DNA of 64,000 nt, taken from NCBI GenBank assembly GCA_976226885.1, contig OZ320314.1, positions 111,290,001 through 111,354,000 of the forward strand, in the 5' to 3' direction. Positions 38,261-50,467 of the stretch are shown piece by piece. Origin of the DNA: Iphione sp. A-MEVVRFRX5 (lineage: Eukaryota). A program made the translations under genes and the position numbers. The number at the start of each line of letters is the position of its first letter. Position 1 is the first letter of the stretch. The notes under the pieces are model-generated. The model worked only from the letters and a program-made list of their open reading frames with translations. It was not told the DNA's origin and did not search any database.

Positions 38261-41200
38261 AGAAATGGGAAATGCTCATTGTCTGACCCCTAAGAAGGTA
38301 CAGCTCAATGTCTGGGTCAGGACTTGTCTATAGATTTAACCGTATTTTCACCACTCATATGTAAACAAGTGTTGGATTTTTGTATCATTTTACTCAAGTG
38401 AAATCATCCCTGCTACCCTTTCCTCTCTATGGTCCTATCATCCCCAGTTGCAGGACGCCTACTAGAAATTCCCCAGACAATTCAAAAACTTGAAAGCGGT
38501 CTCAGCTTCGCCTCGCCAGACCAAATCCAGTTGATGCAATTGGCAACTCTTACAGTTCCAAGGGGGTGGGAAGGGGGGTGGGCTTTGAATATTATGATAA
38601 AGTCCTCGTAGGAACAATACACTCTATCTACAGTATAAGCAGCTCAGCACAACCTCCCAGTTTATATTCTGTAATTGTTCCTATTCGGACTTAATCTGCT
38701 ATGTAAATGCTAGCTTACTAGTTTCGTTGTGTTTTTATTCTGGTGGTAACTAGAAATATTTAGACTGTTCAGACATTGTGATGTAAGAAGAAAAGCTCTC
38801 CTTTCTGGCATTATCGTAGACAGCGTACAGCTGATGGCAAAAGAGGAGTTGAGGATTCTGAATCCTCATTGCCTGTTTCAAATTAAATGAGCTGAAGCCA
38901 CTTTTGGTCTTCAGTCGTGATGAGTCGGAGCTTATGGCCTGAGAACTTGAAATCCATTTGACCATTCACACATATATAAAGGAGGCTCCATCTCACTACA
39001 TTCAGTTACTCTGTGTATATCTTTGATGAGTTCATGTGTTAACTCTACCAACCAGGAATGCTTATTAGGAAAGAGCGCTGTGAGAATGAACATTCGTATG
39101 TCCCTAGATAACGTGGTCTTCGCATAGATTGGGGGTGAAAACAGCAGATGTTGGTAGCGACTGTATACAGGCATTTCTAGGGATGGAAGGTAATTGTAAC
39201 GAGAGTAGGATGAAGGCATGATATGTATGCATCATGTGTGTATACGTGCAGATATTTCCGAAAAGTGAATTCTGTGTAAATGTGGCCCTATTGCATAACA
39301 CGTATCCTATTGATTCTGCAACAGGTGTGCAATGTTTTCATTAATATCTCCTAACATGAAGATTCTACATAATTTACACCACATTGCCGAAAATATCTAA
39401 GAAAAAAACATGATGCTTGATTAATCCCACAAGCTCTACATCATGTTTCTGCATCTCTGCTGTTTGTAGCTCAATGCTCTGTATTTCTGTGCAGTCACAC
39501 AAATCCATATGCATGGAAAAGAAGCACTGTCCAGTTTTTTTTCGTGCTTAATTTGCCCATACAGTACGCCCCCCCCCCACATGGACATGCACTTTAGACC
39601 AGATATAGTACATTCGTTTGGACACACATACACATATGCCACCGATATGTATACATAGGTGTTGTGCCTGTTTTTTATTATCATTCCTAATGCTTGAGCA
39701 TTAAATATCCACTGTACGTAAATGTCATTGAATAAAGTTGAATGGAAGGTCAGATGACAATTCACTACATTGTTTTTTCAGCAGCGGAAGTCTTACAGCT
39801 AACAAGCACCACGGCATAAAAATCTGTTTTCTCATTTGTAGAAATAAAGATTAAAATGTCTGTACATTGAAAGTTTGTTGTGACAGTGCACTGTTCAGAC
39901 ATTTCGAGTCTTCTCATACTGGCTGATGTGGCGGATGACCTTTCAGTGTAAAGTCGTCTTTCCCGTATTGTATAGAGCTGAGCCTTGCCATCCAACACAG
40001 GTTGGTTGCAGGTACTTTGGTTAGGTCCCCCTAAAATAGGTGTGTTTTTGGCTACAACCAGCTCAAAACCTAGGTAGTGAGGGGGGAATTTTCATTAAAA
40101 CTTTTTTTTTACTTCTTCCTGTGGTTTTCAACAAGAAGAAAGACAATATGTGGATTGCTTTGCACGGATTGTTTTACCACTACGTGCCTTGTACATAGGT
40201 ACATAGACCAATTCTTCTCCAAGAGATTTGCTTTTTTCTATATGTGAGCCAGCACAATAGTAATAAATATATCAGTAAATGGAAGAGCCATTACATGGGG
40301 TTTCCATGGGGCTTTGACAGGTCACCTCTCTAAAATGGGCTAAAAAAAGTCACTTGTACTCTCCAAATAATTCACATTGCTTCACTATTTTTTAAGATTC
40401 AAAGTCTATTTTGTATTTGCCATGTGTATTTTCCGCCTTCTCCCCTACCTGAATTGTGATTTTCCTTAGACATGTTTTCATACGGTCATGTCGTTTAGAG
40501 GACCGAGATTGGGTTCTTGCACAGAGTAAGTGATTTAAGCTGAATAAATTGTGTTAAGACCACGAGTAGGGAACCAGTCGTGCCACTTCTCATTGTATAA
40601 AGACTTGATTATGGAACCAGTAGGATACAGTCTCTGCATAAAGGCCCCGAGAAAGAAATCACCTTGGAACGATAGCATGCTGGGACCACCCAGAGACCCT
40701 GAAGTAGTTGTCTACTTCTTGAGTCTTGAGTCACTGTGAATCTCAGTCTGCGTCTTAAGTTTCTGAGTCTGAGTCTGGAATGTGTGTGCCAGTGCGTGTT
40801 AGGAAGACATTTTGCGGAGACTAAAGTCTTTAATCAGGGAACCAACTCCATCTCACTGCATGAAGAACTTAAGTAGGTAATCAGCTTGATGCTTCCCCTC
40901 ATCAGTGGGTCCTCCAGCAGTGTGTGTTCATGCCTGTCTTTTCTCCTGATTGCCTTTGGCGTTTTCCCTTGTGTCATAGAGCTGATCGTATTGTGTGTTT
41001 GTCAGCTTGGGACTAGGTCTTCGCTGCTGTGGAGTGCAAGTCTCCTCTGTCCAGTACAACCGTAAGTGGGATCCTGCTATGCTATGCACGGCATGCCCCA
41101 TTGTGGCGCTAGGCATCTGCCGTGAACAGACTCAACAGGTGCTCAAAGAAGAATATTGATAATTAGTCACAGAGAGGTAGTCTCCTCTATACCCAATAGC

Positions 41201-42132
41201 TGTTGCATCCTTTTGTTCCTGTTGCACTTTAATAACGTTTTCTCCACTCCCAGCACTGCTTAGTTTGTAAAAACCTTGAGTAAGCAACCAGCCACTGTGT
41301 AAGGACGTTGAATGGGGGGGCACCAGCTTGATGCTGCCGTACATCGTGTATTTTACTTTGGCACCTGCTTGATGCTACTCCTCAGTAAATAAACACCCTA
41401 GGTAAGGAATTAGTTCAATACAACTTCTCATCACATAAAACCTTAAATAGGAAGAAAGTTGGATACCACCACTCATTGTGGAAAGACCTGGAGCAGGAAA
41501 TTACTTTGGTGGTGTTTCGTCTTGTAAAGACCTCGAGTATGAAACCAGCCTGGTGCCACTTCATTGTAGAGTATGCAGTCTTATTTGGAAGAGCATTTAC
41601 AGGGTTAGAACCTGTAATCTAAGGAATAGAAAGTATATGTACATGTATTGAGGTAATACCTTCCAAAGTAGCCTTTCCACTGTTATTTTATTTTTCGTCA
41701 GAAAGAATTCTGAATCCTGCATCATTTCAGTTCGAATGCAGCTTCCACGTTTGCATCAACCACTAGGAAGGCTTTTCGCCTCGCTTTATGATAGGCTCTC
41801 CACCTTTGTAGTTATAATTGTCTTGTGATACCTTAAGTCAGTGAAGAATTTTAGTGAAGTCAGTATACGTTTTTAGAAGATCACACTACTTGTTTCTTTT
41901 GTTAACCTTTTAATAAAACTTAAAAGTAAACACGTGTGCATTTAGGTCCCCGACAGTGTGAAAAAGTTAATTCCAAACAGTGTAAACTGTGATGCTCCGA
42001 AGGTTCGATTGTACCTATTTACTGCATCGTAATCTATAGTCTATTACCCCAAAGGCTGATTTGTCATCGCAAAACTCCTACACAGAAGGGTAGTTAAAAT
42101 TTAAATCAGGTATGCCCATGTGAGTTTATTAC

Positions 42133-42178
42133 CTGTTCCTTGAGTCGCAGTACAGATTGTGAACTAGATCCAGTTCTA
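42133..42178 (-). CDS. Candidate internal exon (ELDLVHNLYCDSRN)
   Basis: Phase-compatible with 43791-43850; donor AG|gtaata; acceptor weak. Confidence 0.25.
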
Positions 42179-42744
42179 CTTTGCTATGTACAAACTTGTG
42201 CATGGCTTAGTACTTTCAACCTATGCCCAGCAGTTCAATTTTAAACATATCGGCCGTTTATCCATGGTTCAGCCTGACAATTCCCTATTAGTAAAAGCTA
42301 AAATCGTTCACGTCACTTATTTACATAAGCAGGTATTGATGTAGTCAGTTCTAATCTGGAGAGTTTGAACAAAAGATGAAATTTGTTTAGGGTGGTTAGC
42401 ATTTTGTGGGATTCGGGTGGATACATTTGTCAATCTTGTGTGCCAAGTTATGACTGAAATAAAAACCACCTATTTTCCTGTTTTCATAGACTCTGTTAAT
42501 CTCTCTACAGCCCAGTTTGTCCTATCTATCAATACATTAATACAGAAATTTCTACTCTTTCCCATGTCTCCCTGCATCCCTGAGTACACCCATAATCTCG
42601 TCTACCAGGCCCTGTGTTTCTACAAACATCCCCAGTCAATCCAGTCGGTCACCATATTTCCACATACATGTACTTAACTAATCTCTTCTTTCTGTCACTG
42701 CATTTCAGAAGACTCAAATGTGAGCCAAATGATTCTTTTGTAGT

Positions 42745-43150
42745 TGGTGAGGTAAGAGAAGCATTAAAAGCAACAAAAAAATAAATAGCAAAAACTCTGG
42801 AATTGATCAAATCAAAACGGGACCTATTATGGCACGAAAATGTTCACAAAGGGAATCATGAGGTCTTTCAATGAGGGGGATGCATAATACGTTGAAGGTA
42901 GCAAACGTAACGTGAATCTTGAAAGGATATAATATACAAGAAATCACTAATTACAGAGCAGTGAGTGATGAGAGCAGTTTACAAAAGAATATTTAGATAC
43001 TTAGAAGAAAATATGATACATGAATATCAATATGACTTTAGACCGATACTTTCGATAGGGCCTACTGAATAATCATACCGAGAATAGGATGCTTTTTACA
43101 CTTTAGTAAAGCAGTCGACAGCTTTAGTCATGGAATTTTACAACACAAGT
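42745..43150 (+). mobile_element. Decayed CR1/L2-type LINE reverse transcriptase fragment
   Basis: Frameshifted motifs EVREALK, SKNSGIDQI, TNYRAVS, YLEENMIHEYQYDFRP, FSKAVDSFSHGILQHK, in the order expected for non-LTR RT. Confidence 0.65.
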
Positions 43151-43790
43151 GAAAAATTGTGGAAATGGTAAGGGAAAAGTTGAGCGATCTCCAAATTATG
43201 GAAGGATGGGTGTTAACGCGCGGTGGCGTGTGCTACGTATCAACCCGTTTGGAAGTTAACACTGTAGGGGGCGTGGTATACAATAGTTTCACCCTGACCA
43301 ACAGTAGTCACACGAAAGCCATAGTGCCATGAAAAGCAACACCACATGTACAGAGAAGTAAAGGATATAAATTAAAGTAAATCTGTCTTATCACTACCCA
43401 AGTCAGGGAATATAACAAGTGAGACTCCGGACCATGAAAACAGATGACTGGCTGACACAGGCGTGGTTATAGTAACAGGTCCTTAGAAGTGAGGCTCTAT
43501 ACTCCCTAAGAACAGATGACTGGTAGTCAGAATATAGGGAAGGCTCTACATTCCTGAAGAAAATAGACAGAGGCAAGGCTTTATAATTATAATAAATCCT
43601 TATCAGGCGTTTTCTATTTCCACATGGAATTATTGACTTTTTACTTCTGTGAAGTAAATCATTCATCCTCGTAGAAGGACATCTCTGTCATAATTTCAGT
43701 GAATATGAAACACTTGGCTAGATAGACAGCTTTATCATAAAAACGATTTAATCTCAGAGGAGTTATTAATAGAGTGATACCTGTACTCAC

Positions 43791-43850
43791 CGCCTGATTC
43801 ATGTAGTTCCACATTTGAAATGCCCCAGTTGTCGATCTTGAAAACCTTGA
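43791..43850 (-). CDS. Candidate internal exon (KVFKIDNWGISNVELHESG)
   Basis: ttagcag acceptor, 60 nt phase 1-1, donor G|gtgagt; no family recognised. Confidence 0.4.
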
Positions 43851-45417
43851 CTGCTAATTATATGTGATATTTCGTATTCATCACTACAGTATCTTCATCT
43901 TTTCCACAGTCGAAACATCGATAGCTATAAGACAGCTAACTATCTGGGGACCAGTTGAGTGATGTGGACTTACAACTATTTGCATGTGGAATTACTCCTG
44001 TAATTGAGGGCAAATAGGTTTGCAGATCATAGCCCCTTTTCTATATGGTGACACTCTTTTTTTACGAGAGCACTACCCGTAACATCCAGTTTAACTTCAG
44101 ATAGGCTTTTGCTATCACCTATATAAGCAATTTCCCAAGCTGCTAGAGACAAAAGTATCAGAGTAGTTGTTATGTAAGAAGTGCTCCATGTATATTATGA
44201 TGACACTAAAAGTAGATTTCCTTATACATGTACATGCATGGTCATAGGGCTATGTAACCTGTCATTAATAGGGACAGAATGGTGTTTATTTGTACAGTGT
44301 ACAGTTAGAGGTCAATAATCTACAAGATAGTGTAATAGGAAATGGCTCTAGGTACAAGCATGAAGGACTCAACTTATTACATTGTGGTGTGCAAGCATGG
44401 ATTGGAATAAGATAAGACAAAGGTAAGTCAACTTTAAACAGCTGTTAACATTTCTAGACTTAGTTATGCATAGAACAGGAAATGTCAGGAAGTCGTAAGT
44501 GATAAGAGGTAACAAATAAAACTGTGACATTTTTCTAGAAATCAGTCTTGACATTGGATCAAAATTGAATAAAGTTAATATCTCTAGTTTCAATGATGTG
44601 TTGTGATGTCCTAAGACTGTACATAAGAGTTCAGTCTTTTAGTCAAACTTCAGTCTGCTTGCACATAAGAATTTGAGTCTTTTGGTAAAATTTAAAACTT
44701 CTTGCAGAAGCCACACACATACTTATGTCATTCCGTCTCCTCAGAAATAAAGACATCATCTGAATTTGATTGAGATATTCTACTTGTACTTTGTTACACA
44801 AGTAGCAGAAGACTGATGAGCCTTACATGTCAATGTGACTGAAAGTCTTTATACATGTACGTTATTGATTTCTGGTATCATGTGTTACCAAAGATCATTG
44901 CCTCATTTTTTAGGTTTTAGTAAAATTTCAGGCCTTCCATATTGTTTTAGAATTGAATGCCTTCATGCAAAAAACATGTTACAAATCAAATTAATAGTAG
45001 AAAGATAATAGACGCTGACTTATTCAAAGTATTTGTTCTGCTACACCACATAGGACCACCTTTATACCACATAATCGTTACCTATAAAAGCAATAAATAT
45101 TAATAGCAATAGTAAGCCTTTAGCTTATGCCTTCAGAACATCATTTGCCCACAAAAAGTAATGAAGTCCAATAAAAGAAGGTGTTACAGACCTTTAAGTA
45201 ATTATTCTATACTAGTCTGGAAAGTTACATTGCAATACAATGAAACCTCTCTCTACGGACACCCGACTACTGTGGACAACTTTCACTATGGACAGATTTC
45301 CTGCAGTCCCAAACAGAATCTTTCTGTTTCATGTTTACTGCAGCCCACCTACTGCAGACATTTTACAGTCCCAAACACTGATTTTACAGGGTTACAGCAG
45401 ACAGACACCCTGGAAGG

Positions 45418-45575
45418 GGCGACCTGGAGGGGTAGGGGGCTGGTGGGAGGACAATACCCATAGGTGTGAGATATATGTGCCACATGGAGGTGTAGAGGGG
45501 TGCCAGGAGCACAATGCCCTGAGGTGTGAGGTATCAGCACGACCTGGAGGGGTAGAGGCGTTAGGACCTTGAGGG
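45418..45575. repeat. About 60-bp degenerate tandem repeat, 2.5 copies
   Basis: cgacctggaggggtag..., cacatggaggtgtagag..., cgacctggaggggtagag... at about 60-nt spacing. Confidence 0.65.
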
Positions 45576-48489
45576 ACAGCTCCATTACAGTGGGCACCCC
45601 CTTCTTCGGACGCTTTTACTTCAGTCCCACCAATGTCCGCTGTAGAGAGTTTCTTCTTCACATGGAAAATATATAATGAATACGACCAATAATTGATTCC
45701 CCAAATTCATATAAAGATAGTATCACACTAGTAAATCATTCTATGTAGCCATACGCATGATAGACTTCCAGATCTAAACACTGTGGATTAGAGGATATCA
45801 TGTGTAAAGTTCAGGTCAGCCTATGGAAGCCATGGTGACCTTCAATCATAACACTCTTTCAGTAACATCGTTTATTAATCATATGTTAATTAGAATGCTT
45901 ATAATATGCAGAGTTTAGGTTAGCATGAGAGAGCCACGCTGGCATTCCATTAGGGAACTTTTTTGTAACATCATTCATTACATATCAATCAGAAGATTAC
46001 ATTATTTCAATACACCAAGTTCAGATCAGCTTGAGAAGGGCAGGATGGCCTTCAGTGGCCGGAGAGTGCACTCTTTCTAACATAAAAGATTCATTATTGT
46101 TTATCAGCATCATTACATATTAATTATAAAAAGTTAAATCAAGTACCATCATGTGATCAAATATGTGTTACTAGATCATGCACACTAATAAGTTGATAAT
46201 TAGACTGAACGGTCCAAACATACATTATAACTGATGATCAATAAGAACGAATATAATGTACGTAATATGAATTGGCCTCAGTGGCCTTAATTGACATCAT
46301 TCAGTAGTGTAACGCACTAATCAGGTACTTATTAGAGAATACTCATCTTACAACAAATAGGACATATCCTAGGGAAAGTATACCAGAAAACCTTTCCAGT
46401 AAATAACTGATTAGGTTATTAGTTCTAACATAGCGGACAGTGAAACTCCTATACATGTACTTCCCGGAATATGCCACCATGAAAGGCCAGAGGACATATC
46501 ACGCGAAATTCCTGCATTGTATTGGATAACTGTGAGTCAACATCCAATGTTAAGAAACACAACATGGTGGAATTTGTGTTGATTCCAATTTTTGAACGAA
46601 GAAATATCACATTCGCATAAAAACGCTATTATTCTCCAAATCAACCAAATGGACTAAACTGGGCACATACATGCACATTAGGAGCATAATTAACCCACCG
46701 TAAGCGTTTATTTCTTTAATCTTTGAAATAAGTCATCCTCTCTCAGAAGTAACCAGTCATCATCAAACATGGTGAATAGTGTATTCTCAAAGCAGATGGA
46801 CAAAAGCCTTACACAGAGGTATCAAATTAACTAAATTATCATGCAAAACCTTTGTAATTCACTCAAAACCATGTCAGAAGCATATATTCTCATGAAAGGC
46901 TGGTAGATTCATCACCCTGACCTCACGAAAGGACTTCGTCCTTTCCCCTCAGTCATCATGATTAATCTGACTGACCTTTCACTCGAAATCATACTTAAAC
47001 TTTAAGAGTATGATGGGCGAAAGCAGGATATGTAAAATTCAGCACATCCTTCTGAGGCTGTCAGAGCATTACGCATAAATCCATACATATTTGTGACCCT
47101 AGCTGGTACAGACGATTCATAAAGGGACTCGAGTATAGATAATAAAACTATAAAATTTAGGAAGCTGTACGGATGTCATAATGTCAATCCTAAGATTTGC
47201 AACGGACGTGGATGTCAGAGGACGGGAGAGAAAATGTGCATAATGCTTAATTCAGCTAGCGTGTGCCCCTAGATATAAAACAAACGAATACGTTTGAATA
47301 AAGGGACAAGATGTACGAATCCAGCTATTGTTTGACAATCTCTCTGTGGTTCTTCCTCATTTTTTAAATTCTTTAAAAGTGTAAAGTTGACAAATATGCC
47401 GTCCCCTTCATATCTTTAGTCTCTTCATCAAAGTAGACGTATTATGGAGAGTATGTAGTTGGTGCTACCTGAAATGAAAAGCAGAGAATCATTATGTTAT
47501 TTGAAATGTCTTTTATTGGTACTGTTTCAAAGCAGCTTAGCTGCTTTAATTTAAAGGCTGAAAGCATACAAGTATGGTCCTGGTAAAAAAACATATTAGG
47601 GGATTTTCTGTGGAATTGAACTAAACTTGAATCCGCTTGCAGAGGGATGGCTCAAAATGATGTATATTTATATCAGATCACTAGTACTTTATTATAGGTC
47701 TATCACCCTGTTGAATTACCATACAGACGTTGCATGTTTGATCTTCTGTTTAGCATATTAGTTTTTCTGTACAGGTACGGTTTTCAAATTAAGAATCGAC
47801 TGATAAGACTGTCACAGAACTAAGATATGGCATATATCTATGAAAAACTATGGATGAGAGGTACTAATCGTTGCTCTCCAGAATGTATTTAATTCCATTA
47901 TTGTAGTGATCATTCAGTTACCATGAGAACGTGGTATTTATAAATACTGATCATTCGTACGGAAGGAATACAGGGGGTTAGGAAGGGCTCAGCTGGATGG
48001 TGTGATGAGATGTTCCCTACAATTATAATACTTAGTAATGGCCCGGATCGTTTTAAAAGTTCTAGTTTTATGTATCTTGTACCATTCTGGCCAATTTTAA
48101 CTGTTTCCCAACTGGCGTTGAATGGTGCCTGTCTCTGTGTGGTTGTCATCAACTCACCGGGCACCTGGGCTTATTGTATTTCTGCTAATAATATCTCAAC
48201 TTTAATCATTATTATGCCACCTTTTTCATATACTAGGTTGATTAGCCAGTTTCATCCATAATGCTAAGTAGGATACACCATAAAAACCATACTCTCTTAG
48301 TTTTTTAGTGTACTTTGGACCTCAAGGGGTGGTAGCCTATGTATGCTTCTTCTCTGAAGCCTTTCATCTCTGTTGGATTGCTGCGTACACTCTTCTAATA
48401 TCACTCCTAGGCTGGACATACCTAGTCAGACTTAGTTAGCTATATTCACCACAGTTAAGAACAGTCTCAGGCATTGAATAGAGGCTAAA

Positions 48490-48672
48490 TACAGTGGAAC
48501 CCCTTTTTACGACCGCCAATCTGGACCAAGCCAAAATGGTCGCATTGGTGAATTTGGTCGCTAATTGGATACTGTTGACGTAAGAAATCAAGATTTCTAT
48601 TCCCACCTCAGGTGGTTGTAATTGTCAGACTGGGCGTAAAGTGGAGAGGTCGCAAATAGAGGTTCCACTCTA
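48490..48672. mobile_element. Tc1/mariner(pogo)-type MITE
   Basis: tacagtggaacccct ... agaggttccactcta TIRs with TA ends. Related ends at about 20930 (ggatctccactgta), 24161 and 63195 (ggggttctactgta). Confidence 0.7.
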
Positions 48673-50204
48673 CACGGTGCCAAGACATCACAGATCAAGA
48701 CCTCCCTTTAAAACATGCATTTAAGATTTATGCTGATAACATGTAGAGCTCTACAACTGGGTGGAGATAACACTGAGGCAGCTGCCTCCAAAACTGATAA
48801 TGTATCAGGCATACTTTGCAAACTGCATAACCTAAAGTCTTATATATATATAATTCACATGGCTATCACAGATATTAGTCAATGCTATTAATCTTTCACA
48901 TAGTAAGTCACTTAACAAATGCTCATGCTTGGTCTATTTCTCTGTACAGGGATGCTTTCTTGACTTCCGGCTAATTTTGACTGGGATGTTCTGTATGAAC
49001 CCGATTTTTTTCCACTCTGTGTAAATTGTGTGTTTTACGACGAGCATGGTGCAGTGAATTATTCAAGTTGTTTGAAATATATTAAATGAAAAAGAAGATA
49101 TGTATATTTCAAATAGTTTTAAACGGATGTTGTCCATTTTACCACATTCCCATTTTTAAGAAGTTGTACATTTCATCTATGCAGATACTGCCCATGTCTC
49201 GTTGGTTTAAAGCTTGTAGACAGGACCCTAGTATCGATTTGTATTTCAAATATCTGTTCTGTAGTAGGTTGTCCCTCAGAATCCTCTCAATTCAATCATT
49301 TTGTTTTCATCCTCTTCTTAATTACAATAAGTATTGTTTCGAAGAAAGTGTATAGTTTGGCCTTGTCTCTCATCTTTTTTTTTCAACAGATAATATTGGT
49401 CTGTGATCTGCACCCCCAAAATGTACAACGTTTGGGCAAAACAATTGGGTGCAAATAAGAGTTAGGCAATGTCCAACCCTCCCAGCCATGGGACAATTGT
49501 AAAAAGGAAAGATTGAGTGCTTACACATTACATGCATGTCATATCCTGATGTTAAAATAGTAATGGGGATGTTGACTGATATTTAACCACCTATAAGTAT
49601 TGTAGGGGCGACTTTCACATATATCTTAGAGCCTACTGGAGGTGCAGTAATGTAGACCATGACCAGTTCCTAACAACCTAGAAATAAATTGGGATGACCT
49701 CTGCTTTGCAATTAAGTACTAAGCTTGCATGACCGTGACCTTTGCCAAACATCCTAGTAGACAGTAAGGTTCAAATAAAAATGTTTTGGCCCAAAAGAGT
49801 TTCCTTAGATATGTGTTTTCAGAGCACATGTTGTTGGTGAATTCAGTAGAAAAACAACAAAACCCATGGAAATTCAGCAAAAACCTGTAACACTCAAGAG
49901 GAAACCAGAGGAAGAAAGTGGAAAAAATCAAAGAAAGATACCCCCTCCCTACCTAGGTTTTTGGCTGGTCGTAACCAGAGACACAGCCTTGGGGTCCTTA
50001 CCTGGACATGTATATAGCACCCTACTAGTTAGTTGTGGTGCATTTATGGAGACTTTGCCCTGTAACTAACAGCTTCATTACTAGGTTCAGGTGTTTTTTA
50101 ATTGAACCAAAGAACTTAGGTATTGTCCCCTGTTATCTCTTTCCAATGATACATACATAATAAGCATATTAATGTTGACCATTTGTGAAGAATGAACAAC
50201 GTAC

Positions 50205-50467
50205 CTGCTTGCTGTCCCTGGTGTATATCATGTTTCCATTCAGATACCATGCGTTATAACGTGTCATAGCACGGCCATCAAAGCATTGTAGTAGGAACTG
50301 ATTTCCTTTTGGCAGAATCATTTGGCCTTGAAACACATTGCTCATGGTCCTTGGAGTCTTTAGAGTCCCCGGAGACCTTCTGACCATTTTGAAAAGGGCA
50401 AGAGCAACACCCACCACAGCAGTTAACCCAGTGCTTAGTAGAGCAATGCCAACTCGATTGGGTCCAA
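50205..50467 (-). CDS. Probable exon with a single transmembrane helix (VGIALLSTGLTAVVGVALALF-KMVRR) and downstream LQC..WYLNG segment; probably the same gene as the Calx-beta exons
   Basis: Strong acceptor tttttatgcttcctttccacag, open frame of 87 codons, donor CAG|gtacgt; hydrophobic 21-mer followed by basic residues. Linkage to Calx-beta is inferred. Confidence 0.6.

Noticed and set aside
47440-47468. Exon after strong acceptor ttttcatttcag (- strand)
   Set aside because: All three frames stop within 13 codons; it could be a short terminal exon but is unsupported.
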